Assembly (NCBI GenBank): GCA_039934295.1
Contig: JBDTMN010000004.1
Span: 4,840-68,839, forward strand
Source of the DNA: Candidatus Tayloriibacteriota bacterium
Lineage (GTDB): Bacteria; Patescibacteriota; Minisyncoccia; Phycocordibacterales; HO2-43-120
DNA: 64,000 bases
Direction of reading: 5' to 3'
Both the position numbers and the translations under genes were made by a program. Positions within the stretch are counted from its first letter, which is position 1. Each line of letters begins with the position of its first letter. This document shows positions 56,084 to 64,000 of the stretch, in pieces. The notes under the pieces were generated by a model. That model made no database searches. It was given only the letters and a program-made list of their open reading frames with translations, and was not told the origin of the DNA.

Positions 56084-57085
56084 CTACTTCAAATATTTCT
56101 CAATATTTTTCCTGTGCTCCTCAAACGTCTTCGCGTAGCGCATTTCTCCCTCCTTGCCGGAAAGAAAATACCAGTACGCGGTCTCCGTGGGATAGAGAGC
56201 CGCCAGAATTGAATCTATTCCCGGATTGGAAATCGGCGTCGGAGGAAAGCCGACATATTTGTAAGTGTTATAAGGCGAATCAACTGTGATATCTTCCGCC
56301 TTAACTGTAGCGTGATTTTCGACATTACTATATCGAAACGGAGAATCAACCTGGAGGGCCATGCCGGAGCGCAAACGTTTCCACAATATTCCGGCCACGA
56401 TTTTTCTGGCCTCCGTCGTTTTCGCCTCTTCCTCAAGAATTGAAGCCATGAGAATCACTTCTCGAAGAGAGTGGGACGATTGGTCAAAATCTTTTTGGAG
56501 CGTTTTTATCTTAGCCTCAAAATTAGCCTCCATTGAGGCAATGACATCGTCTGCATTGGCATTTGAAAGAAATTTGTACGTATCGGGAAAAAGATAGCCT
56601 TCTTTCTCGTGGGTTTTCTCGAGGAAATCCAGGGGATCAAATTTGAACAAGTGGAGCCGGGCAATCTCGGCAAATTCAAAAAGATTCAAGCCCTCGGGAA
56701 ACGTAATTTGGAGAGGCACGAGTCCCAATTCTCCTGCAGAAATTCTGCCCGCAACCTCAAAGACAGAAATTGGCTTGTCGAAATAGTAGTCGCCTGCAAC
56801 GACCTTCCTGTCCCAATTTTTCCAGACCACAAAATTGCGCAGGAGAAATGACGACCTTACAATATGCTTTTCTTTCAAGACGGAAGCAAGTTGGCTTAGG
56901 GATTCACCCTTGGTCAAGGTAACCGCGGAATGAGAAGGAAAATCGGAAGGAGGAGAAATCATGAAAAAAAAGAACGCAAGACCTAAAAGAAAAACATACA
57001 TTACAAAAACGGAACTTTTTTTCCGCTTTGAAATACTTTGGCCTTCGCTCCAGCCACCTTCTGTTTGTGTTTTAACATCTTCCAT
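56084..57085 (-). CDS. mltG: Endolytic murein transglycosylase MltG (YceG-like)
   Basis: N-terminal TM, YceG core (GYLFPDTYKF; ILWKRLRSGMALQVDSPFRY). Confidence 0.75.
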   Translation of the reverse strand: MEDVKTQTEGGWSEGQSISKRKKSSVFVMYVFLLGLAFFFFMISPPSDFPSHSAVTLTKGESLSQLASVLKEKHIVRSSFLLRNFVVWKNWDRKVVAGDYYFDKPISVFEVAGRISAGELGLVPLQITFPEGLNLFEFAEIARLHLFKFDPLDFLEKTHEKEGYLFPDTYKFLSNANADDVIASMEANFEAKIKTLQKDFDQSSHSLREVILMASILEEEAKTTEARKIVAGILWKRLRSGMALQVDSPFRYSNVENHATVKAEDITVDSPYNTYKYVGFPPTPISNPGIDSILAALYPTETAYWYFLSGKEGEMRYAKTFEEHRKNIEKYLK

Positions 57086-57108
57086 GAAAAAGTTCTCCGA
57101 AATTAAAA

Positions 57109-58437
57109 TTAAATCGGGAGATTTGCGGGAGGCTCTGCCTTCTTAGCCGCAATACGGTCAAATGTGGGCGTCTCAGAAACTTTCCCGGGAAAGTGATAAA
57201 TAGTAGCGAGTTCCTCGGTGTTCAAAACAAACGGATTCGAAGATTGATGAGGCGCGTGGAAAAACGAACGACGTTTATAGGCTTCTACCACGTGATGATT
57301 GCTCCTGTTTTGCCTCATCTCTTTGTAGTCCTGCCATGGATAATTAAATTTATTTGACCACGCATGATGGTTGGGCATAAAACCATTTAAGTGCGGACTG
57401 CTGTATGGCTTGAAAAGCGTCCGCAAAATCGGCTCGTATACCTTGCGATACTTTTCTCTTTCTGCGAGATAAATGCCCCGAATTCCGCAATCAAAGGCAT
57501 TTTTGGCGATGCTTCTCTCAATCGCTTTTATTTTCTCCTTATCACCGGACGTAAGCTTAAATTCGCTGAACTCTTCTCCGTCGTCTTTTCCGTGAGTTTC
57601 TTTTTTTGCCTTTTGTTTTATTTTTTCAATCTCCATTTCGGCCTCATGCTGCCAATCCACTTTTTCAAACCATGTTCCGTGCTTTGTCTTTTCCGCCTTG
57701 TGAGCACGAATCATTATCTGAATCCACATCTGCTCGCCGGGCCCAAGAGAGCCCAGAGCTTCAATTAAGTTAGTGATTGGGTCCGTCTTGTTTTCTTCCT
57801 CCGTCTGCGTGCTCTCCAGGGTAAAATCCAAATAGGTCTTTATCGGATACGGGTCGGGAGCAGAGAGCTCAAAATCGCACGCCCATAGTTTGTATTTTTC
57901 CTTGTCGAAGGTAACCATCTTTGCGTAATCCGGCACTTCATGCACTTCTATTCCCGGATATTGCGCATAGAGCTGAGACTCGACAAAATTTTTCCATTTT
58001 TCCCAAGTCCAAATAAAAAATTTGACCTGCCCGCCCAATGAGACGATTTCGAGCGAGAACCACGGCCTCACCTTACCTTCCCAGTAACGGTCGATAAAAG
58101 TGTGCTCTCCGGTCGTTTGATAGAGGGCGCTTAAAAAAACTTCCATGGCAAGGGGAGTCTTGAGCACCTCTCTCGGAATCTTCAACTCCAAAACGATATT
58201 TTTCTGTTCAAGAAAAAATTTCGTCCGAATATAGACAATCCAGAGCTTCCACAAAACTGCTGCCAAAAAAAGAGGCACCCAGAGCGGGTAGAATGATAAA
58301 AAAATTTGGAAGCTTTCCATACCAGCTATTTTACCATCTGTTCGCGATTTTGCACATAACACTCGGCACGTTCTTTTGTAGAAACAGAAAATCTGCCCAG
58401 CCGCAGATTTTCTTCGTTCCTTACAGGAACTGTACAC
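57109..58437 (-). CDS. Hypothetical protein with N-terminal TM (probable start MESFQIF, ~58320)
   Basis: 442-aa ORF, Lys/Glu-rich central segment, no family recognised. Confidence 0.4.
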   Translation of the reverse strand: MYSSCKERRKSAAGQIFCFYKRTCRVLCAKSRTDGKIAGMESFQIFLSFYPLWVPLFLAAVLWKLWIVYIRTKFFLEQKNIVLELKIPREVLKTPLAMEVFLSALYQTTGEHTFIDRYWEGKVRPWFSLEIVSLGGQVKFFIWTWEKWKNFVESQLYAQYPGIEVHEVPDYAKMVTFDKEKYKLWACDFELSAPDPYPIKTYLDFTLESTQTEEENKTDPITNLIEALGSLGPGEQMWIQIMIRAHKAEKTKHGTWFEKVDWQHEAEMEIEKIKQKAKKETHGKDDGEEFSEFKLTSGDKEKIKAIERSIAKNAFDCGIRGIYLAEREKYRKVYEPILRTLFKPYSSPHLNGFMPNHHAWSNKFNYPWQDYKEMRQNRSNHHVVEAYKRRSFFHAPHQSSNPFVLNTEELATIYHFPGKVSETPTFDRIAAKKAEPPANLPI

Positions 58438-58691
58438 TCTTCACATTTCGAAGACGAAACATTCAGAGTCTTGCGAAAGCCTGCCCGTACCGAAACGTTA
58501 CGTTCGGGCGGGCTCCAAGTATTCGCTTTCTCACTCGGCCGATTTTTTGCATAAGAATGCAAAACCATGCAAATCGGCCTGCGAATGTTCTACAAAAGAA
58601 GTGCCTCGCTCAATCGTCTAAAGAAAACTCCGCCGAGCGCAAAGCGCTCGGCGGAGTTTTCTTTCTAACTTACGAACTTACTCACTTACTC

Positions 58692-59723
58692 TTATACCAC
58701 CACAGTATACTTTCCGCTAATTTCCTTTTTAAAGTATTTTGGATTTTGGAGATTGACCATGATGGTATTTTCTTTGACATATCTTTCTTTCATGACCTTC
58801 TCGATGATTTCCCCTTTGTTAAGAGGACCGTGTTTTTCAATAATTTTTTTGATGACATCTTTCACTACTCCGCTTATATAGCCCCACTCGGCGAGCGCGT
58901 AGAGACCTCTCCCTACAAGGACAAATCGCGGGTCCTTGATGAGCTCGTTGTGAGTGGTCGCCACGTGAGCTTTCTTATTGAAAAGCTTCTGGATGTTTTT
59001 CGCAACTTGAGTGAAATGGATAGGGGAGCCGTGCTTTCTTATGACAAGAAAAGCGTAGTCCCTCATGCCCTTGGTCCGAATATTCGGAGATTCGGAAGAG
59101 CCCCACTCGCCCAAAGGATTCTTGACGATTTTTTTCGAAATCTGGAGCCATCTCCTCACGATTTCTTCATTTTTATATTTTTCCGACACCTCTTTGCACT
59201 GCTCGAGAAATGCGCCGATGACTTCCGCCTCGGAAAGAATATCGTTGGTGGAAATATTTTTATATAATTTTCGAATCGACTCCTCTACCTGCTCGGCAAG
59301 CTCATGATTTGCGTGCCATCGATGCTTGAAGTGATCATCTTCTTTTCTTTTTTTAAATTGATCACCCAGAACCAATAAAAGGTTCAGATGATTATGCGTT
59401 CCCTTGTCTTTAGAAATGTGATTTAAAAGATTATCTTCAACGACAATGCCCCCGAGAGAGTCGAGGAGAGTTTCGAGTTCGGAAAAAGCCGCTTTTTCCT
59501 TCCCGTAAGCGTCGGATTTTCTTATATTGGCGAGCGCGTAGTTTTCGATCTGGCGAACACGCTCTCGCGTGATACCATACTTTTTTCCGATAGCCTCGAG
59601 TGTCATCCTTTTTGAGTCCTTTCCAAGACCATATCTTGAAATGATGACTTCTTGAGCTCTATCCGGCAACACCGAAAGAAGGCGCTTGGTAACCTGTTTT
59701 GGTTTGAATTTAATGATTTCCAT
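58692..59723 (-). CDS. Sigma-70 region-4 (HTH) domain protein with large C-terminal extension
   Basis: N-terminal LPDRAQEVIISRYGLGKDSKRMTLEAIGKKYGITRERVRQIENYALANIR is a sigma-70 r4 HTH. Confidence 0.6.
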   Translation of the reverse strand: MEIIKFKPKQVTKRLLSVLPDRAQEVIISRYGLGKDSKRMTLEAIGKKYGITRERVRQIENYALANIRKSDAYGKEKAAFSELETLLDSLGGIVVEDNLLNHISKDKGTHNHLNLLLVLGDQFKKRKEDDHFKHRWHANHELAEQVEESIRKLYKNISTNDILSEAEVIGAFLEQCKEVSEKYKNEEIVRRWLQISKKIVKNPLGEWGSSESPNIRTKGMRDYAFLVIRKHGSPIHFTQVAKNIQKLFNKKAHVATTHNELIKDPRFVLVGRGLYALAEWGYISGVVKDVIKKIIEKHGPLNKGEIIEKVMKERYVKENTIMVNLQNPKYFKKEISGKYTVVV

Positions 59724-59925
59724 GAATGTGTATCTTTAATTTCGATAACAAAATTGATTCCGATAAAATGATTTGTAGAATCTATCATCAATACATATAT
59801 AAGTCAAATGTATGTTGATATCTCCTTTTGACTAAATCGAGCTCTCGGCAACTTGTTGACCAAATTGAACGCTTATTATACCGCATATGACAATAAATGT
59901 CAAACAGCGCTACCCCTCTCCGATT

Positions 59926-60561
59926 TTAGCCTTGTAAATCAACCTCTTTTAGGGCTCCATGCACATCTTTAAAATCCTTGAGAATCTGATTTTCCGGTAG
60001 TAATTCTCGCAACTTGTCGTACCCGCAATAGCCCCAGCTACAGCCAATAATCTTCCCCCTATCCAATAAATTTTCAAGCTCATACACGTCCGCTTTGCTA
60101 TCGGTAAAATAGTAAACATCTTTCACGCTCACTCCCCAATCTCTGCAAACCATTTCTATTTTTTCTTCCTTGGAATGGTGGTTTTCGTACGTTAAAACGT
60201 GAGTCGGATTAAGTCCTGAAGCCAGACTTGGCGCCAAAACATACGAGCCGGCTCCGGTAGAAACAACAGCAATTTTTTTATTCGGAATTTTTTTGATTTC
60301 TTCTATAAAGCCGTCGAACATTCTGAAGCCCAATCGCGCAACTTCATTCCCAAATGACGCAATCCAAACTCCAAATTTCTTGTGCTCTTCTTGCGACAAA
60401 GTCTGGTCTCGAGTATGTTTCGGCTTGTTATCGAAATATCGGTTCATCTGTAATACGGCTTCGTCCATATTTTTAACAAATCCTAGATTAATCCTAGTGT
60501 GCAAATTTGATTGCATAGTATCTCCCAGAACCCCGTCAAAATCAAAAATCAGATACTTCAT
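59926..60561 (-). CDS. HAD-superfamily hydrolase
   Basis: Motif I LIFDFDGVLGDT. Later K and DD motifs. Confidence 0.65.
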   Translation of the reverse strand: MKYLIFDFDGVLGDTMQSNLHTRINLGFVKNMDEAVLQMNRYFDNKPKHTRDQTLSQEEHKKFGVWIASFGNEVARLGFRMFDGFIEEIKKIPNKKIAVVSTGAGSYVLAPSLASGLNPTHVLTYENHHSKEEKIEMVCRDWGVSVKDVYYFTDSKADVYELENLLDRGKIIGCSWGYCGYDKLRELLPENQILKDFKDVHGALKEVDLQG

Positions 60562-60571
60562 TGATAAAAGT

Positions 60572-63082
60572 TTATAACTGCTCTTCCGTTACAATGCTCA
60601 CTATTTTATCCTTGACTACAATCACTTTCTTTATTTTCTTCCCAGAAATCCATTTTTCCACATTCTTAGCTCCAAGTGCCATTTCTTCGATTTTTTTCTC
60701 GCTCATTTCTCCGGTAATTGTGAGAGAAGCTCTCACCTTTCCATCCACCTGAATCATTATTATCTTTGTTTCGCTCACCATTGCCTTTTCATCAAACACC
60801 GGCCAGTCCGTATTGTGAATTGACTCACGATGTCCGAGACTCTCCCAGATTTCTTCAGTTATATGAGGAGCAAAAGGTGCAAGGATAATGAGGAATTTCT
60901 CATAATCCTCTTTGGAAATGGTCTCTTCTTTCTCCATCTCATTTGCAAGTATCATAAGAGTCGAAATGGCAGTATTGAACTTGAAATTTTCTATGTCTTC
61001 GCCAACTTTTTTGATTGTTCTGTGAAGAGTAGTTGTAAGTTGTAAGACCTCAGATTTCAGTTTTTCATCGCCTTTCAACTTCATCTTTTCTTGAATCTTG
61101 AATCCTGAATCCTGAATCTTTTCTCGAAGTCGCCACACTTTTTCGAGAAAACGCCTCGGTCCAATCATCCCCTCCGTTGACCAGGGAATGGAGTCCGCAA
61201 AAGGCCCCATAAACATTTCGTACATTCTAAAGGTATCTGCTCCGTAAAGTTCTACCATTTTATCCGGATTCACCACATTTCCAAATCTTTTTGACATTTT
61301 TCTCCCGTCGGCTCCTCCAATAAGTCCGACATTTTGCAATCTCGAAAATGGTTCTGGGTAGTTCACCAAACCTAAATCAAATAAAAACTTGTGCCAAAAC
61401 CGCGCGTAGATAAGGTGTCTCGTCGCATGCTCCGCCCCCCCAACATAAAAATCGACGGGAGACCAATATTTTTCTTTTTCTTTATCTACAAAAACTTTTT
61501 TATTTTTCGGGTCTTCGTATCGAAGATAGTACCAGCTCGAACCGGCCCACTGTGGCATGGTATTCGTTTCTCTCTTTGCAGGACCCTTGCACTTCGGGCA
61601 TTTTACATTCACCCACTTTTCGATATTCGCAAGAGGCGACTCCCCCGTATCAGTCGGCTCATAAAATTTCACTTTCGGCAACTCAACCGGCAGATCTTTC
61701 TCGGGAACGGGAACTACACCGCATTTTTCACAATGAATCACAGGAATCGGCTCGCCCCAGTAACGCTGGCGGGAAAAAACCCAGTCTTTGAGTTTGTAAT
61801 TTATTTTTCGCACTCCGTACCCGCCCTTGATAATATGGTTGATAATATCTTCCCGCGCCTCGCCCCACTTTCGTCCACGAAATTTTTTTGGTTCCTCCAA
61901 AACTCCCTGCGGGTCACGAGCGTAACAATATTCCAATTTTTTTACCTTTTCGCGCTCAATTGGATCCAACGGAAATGTCACGGGACGCAGAGGCAAATTG
62001 TATTTTTTTGCAAAAGCAAAATCGCGGACATCGTGGGCGCTACAGTTTACTATCCCCGTTCCGTAATCGTACAAAACATATGAAGCGACCCAGATAGGTA
62101 AATCCCGTCCGGTGTCAGCGAAGTTCTCAATAAACCGTCCGATAAATATTCCTTCCAAATCTTCATCGATATTAAATTTGTTTCCAGCTTTTTTCGCCTT
62201 GATTCTTTCGACAAATTCTAAAACGTCCTTTTCCTGCGGTGTTCCTTTGACCAATTCGTACACTAGAGGATGCTCCGGCGCGATGGCGGTGAAGGTCTCT
62301 GCATGATAACTTTGGGGCACCGAATTATACATTTGAACTTCGATGTTGAGATCCTTTATGGAACACTTAAAATTCACTCCTTCCGACTTCCCTATCCAGT
62401 TTCTCTGGCTTTCTTTTATGGACTCGGGCCAATTTAAATCTTTAAGTCCATCTAACATTTTCTCCGCATAATCGGTGATCTTCAAAACCCACTGGCGCAT
62501 GGGCTTTTTTATTACAGGAGTTCCGCATCGCTCGCATTTACCATCTTCGACGTCCTCGTTCGCGAGGCCTGTTTTATCCTTCGGACACCAGTTGATAGGT
62601 TCCCAAGATTCATAGGCGAGGCCTTTCTCCAAAAATTTCAAAAAAATCCACTGCGTCCATTTGTAATATTTCGGGTCTGAAGTATTGATTTCTCTATCCC
62701 AATCGTAATTAAATCCTAAAATCGAAAGTTGCTCTTTGAATCGTTTTATATTTTTCTCCATCGCAACCTTAGGATGAACTTTGTTTTTTATCGCGTAGTT
62801 TTCTGCCGGAAGCCCAAAGGCATCAAAACCCATAGGGTGAAGAACATTGAAGCCCCGCATTTTTTTGAATCGAGAATAGATATCCGTCGCAATATATCCC
62901 TTGGGGTGCCCTACATGAAGTCCTTCCCCAGAAAGATACGGAAACATATCCAACACATAGCACTTGGGTTTAGAAGCAGACTTTCGCAGATTTAAGGCGG
63001 GTTCTTTGGTTTTGTAGAGAGCTGATTTCTCCCATTTTTTTCGCCACTTTTTTTCTATATCTCGATGGTCATATTTTTCCAT
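60572..63082 (-). CDS. leuS: Leucyl-tRNA synthetase
   Basis: HVGHPKGY (HIGH), KMSKRFGN (KMSKS), LAPFAPHITEEIWESLGH anticodon-domain motif; 836 aa. Confidence 0.95.
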   Translation of the reverse strand: MEKYDHRDIEKKWRKKWEKSALYKTKEPALNLRKSASKPKCYVLDMFPYLSGEGLHVGHPKGYIATDIYSRFKKMRGFNVLHPMGFDAFGLPAENYAIKNKVHPKVAMEKNIKRFKEQLSILGFNYDWDREINTSDPKYYKWTQWIFLKFLEKGLAYESWEPINWCPKDKTGLANEDVEDGKCERCGTPVIKKPMRQWVLKITDYAEKMLDGLKDLNWPESIKESQRNWIGKSEGVNFKCSIKDLNIEVQMYNSVPQSYHAETFTAIAPEHPLVYELVKGTPQEKDVLEFVERIKAKKAGNKFNIDEDLEGIFIGRFIENFADTGRDLPIWVASYVLYDYGTGIVNCSAHDVRDFAFAKKYNLPLRPVTFPLDPIEREKVKKLEYCYARDPQGVLEEPKKFRGRKWGEAREDIINHIIKGGYGVRKINYKLKDWVFSRQRYWGEPIPVIHCEKCGVVPVPEKDLPVELPKVKFYEPTDTGESPLANIEKWVNVKCPKCKGPAKRETNTMPQWAGSSWYYLRYEDPKNKKVFVDKEKEKYWSPVDFYVGGAEHATRHLIYARFWHKFLFDLGLVNYPEPFSRLQNVGLIGGADGRKMSKRFGNVVNPDKMVELYGADTFRMYEMFMGPFADSIPWSTEGMIGPRRFLEKVWRLREKIQDSGFKIQEKMKLKGDEKLKSEVLQLTTTLHRTIKKVGEDIENFKFNTAISTLMILANEMEKEETISKEDYEKFLIILAPFAPHITEEIWESLGHRESIHNTDWPVFDEKAMVSETKIIMIQVDGKVRASLTITGEMSEKKIEEMALGAKNVEKWISGKKIKKVIVVKDKIVSIVTEEQL

Positions 63083-63171
63083 ATCTTGGAATCATACAAA
63101 AAATACTCTACTTATTCAATTGAATAGGCTGAATTTGGAAAGTGTGACTTTTCGATTTTCAGAGAGATAAT

Positions 63172-63855
63172 CTAGATCTGCCCTTTAGGATAGAGAGTGG
63201 TATCACTCACGAAGGGTGGGTATCTTTCAGGGTCGATAGTCCTTTCGAAGCAAGAGCGTCCTTTGTCATGCTGCCAATTATCGTTTTCGAGCATAATCGG
63301 GGTCGGGCTTCTCACTCCCTGAATTTCTTTTTTGCTTTCGGTATTAAAGTCGGCGCACAATGTGAACGTCATCGCTCCCGTTTTCATGTACTCATACGGT
63401 TTTTTGGTTTGAGAATCCACTGGCGAGAAATACCCCCCTATAGAATCATTAAGCTCTGTCAAAGTATCCGGCAATTTCTGCTTTTGTTGCCAATATTGAA
63501 CCACCTCCCATTGAATACTCTGCAAATCCTGCGTCTTTTGACTGTCAAATTGAAGCAAGCGCTGTTTTTGGGGTGACCCCATAATCACAAAGCCGGAGAC
63601 GATTGCGACTAGCACAAACGCGATTGTTCCGTATCGAAAAATCATTCTCTCATTCATCGAGAGAACCCCGTCGCTTTTGATGTCACGGAGATAATACCCG
63701 AAAATGAGGACCGCCACGACAAAAACTGAAAGCGTTTTTAAAATAAATCGGGTCGAAATTTCTCCCCCCAAAAAAGTGTTGAGAAGGACAATAAGATCCC
63801 CCACCATAACCGCCCCGGCAAAAAAGAGAGTGAGATATATGAGCCACTTGCGCAC
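63172..63855 (-). CDS. Hypothetical membrane protein
   Basis: 227 aa with 3 N-terminal TM helices. No family recognised. Confidence 0.4.
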   Translation of the reverse strand: MRKWLIYLTLFFAGAVMVGDLIVLLNTFLGGEISTRFILKTLSVFVVAVLIFGYYLRDIKSDGVLSMNERMIFRYGTIAFVLVAIVSGFVIMGSPQKQRLLQFDSQKTQDLQSIQWEVVQYWQQKQKLPDTLTELNDSIGGYFSPVDSQTKKPYEYMKTGAMTFTLCADFNTESKKEIQGVRSPTPIMLENDNWQHDKGRSCFERTIDPERYPPFVSDTTLYPKGQI

Positions 63856-64000
63856 CCCAAGATTCCTTTTTTCCGAGTTCCTCGCGTACTCATTATTAAG
63901 GGCACGGGTGAGGAAAATATAGAGCGGAAAAATAATAATAAGCGATGCTATTGACCACCGAATCGCCCCGCTATAGGGATCATAATAGTAGCTATAAGAC

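Noticed and set aside
61065-61110. GAATCTTGAATCCTGAATCCTGAATCTT tandem repeat
   Set aside because: Inside leuS, where it encodes a KIQDSGFKIQEK peptide repeat in frame. Not an intergenic repeat element.

Overview
This 64-kb window looks like a compact, almost gap-free chromosome segment from a small-genome bacterium. Several traits fit a Candidate Phyla Radiation / Patescibacteria-type organism: an LPXTG-sortase cell wall, many sigma-70 region-4 'hypothetical' proteins, a short AlaRS, a eukaryote-like UMP kinase and G37 in tRNA-Phe. This is inferred from gene content only. Most genes lie on the minus strand. Recognisable housekeeping blocks are: the 3' end of a ValRS-like aaRS; a prsW-like protease plus hsp20; a Ca/cation P-type ATPase; tRNA-Arg(CCT) and tRNA-Phe(GAA); pyrH; a redox-repair cluster (msrB, msrA, TlpA-like thioredoxin, ccdA); dnaK and grpE; a ribosomal/RNAP block (rpsI, rplM, rplQ, rpoA, rpsD, rpsK, rpsM, rpmJ, infA); alaS; a complete F1Fo ATP synthase operon (atpZ-like, atpB, E, F, H, A, G, D, C); family-4 UDG; mnmA; mltG; leuS. 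Accessory content includes a sortase locus with two DUF3494 (ice-binding-like) surface proteins, one fused in-frame to its own sortase and a peptidoglycan-binding domain. There is also a 1241-aa CotH-kinase-family surface protein, three tandem VirB2/TrbC-like pilin paralogs, a Cas4-like PD-(D/E)xK nuclease next to an ATP-cone/Mrr-like nuclease, and two hicBA toxin-antitoxin modules. The hicBA modules sit inside the ATP synthase operon, and each has a duplicated 5' fragment of the downstream atp gene on its far side. Non-coding structure is rich. Nearly every intercistronic spacer of the r-protein block is a long hairpin built from 7-nt period repeats (AGCTATT / AGGTGTT). A second palindromic family (GTCATCCCCGCGAATGCGGGGATCC) occurs at seven or more intergenic sites, once with a flanking 26-bp duplication. 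Arrays of a TGTTACA box occur upstream of at least three promoters. A 166-nt tRNA-like element with the tRNA-Phe acceptor arms lies next to tRNA-Phe.
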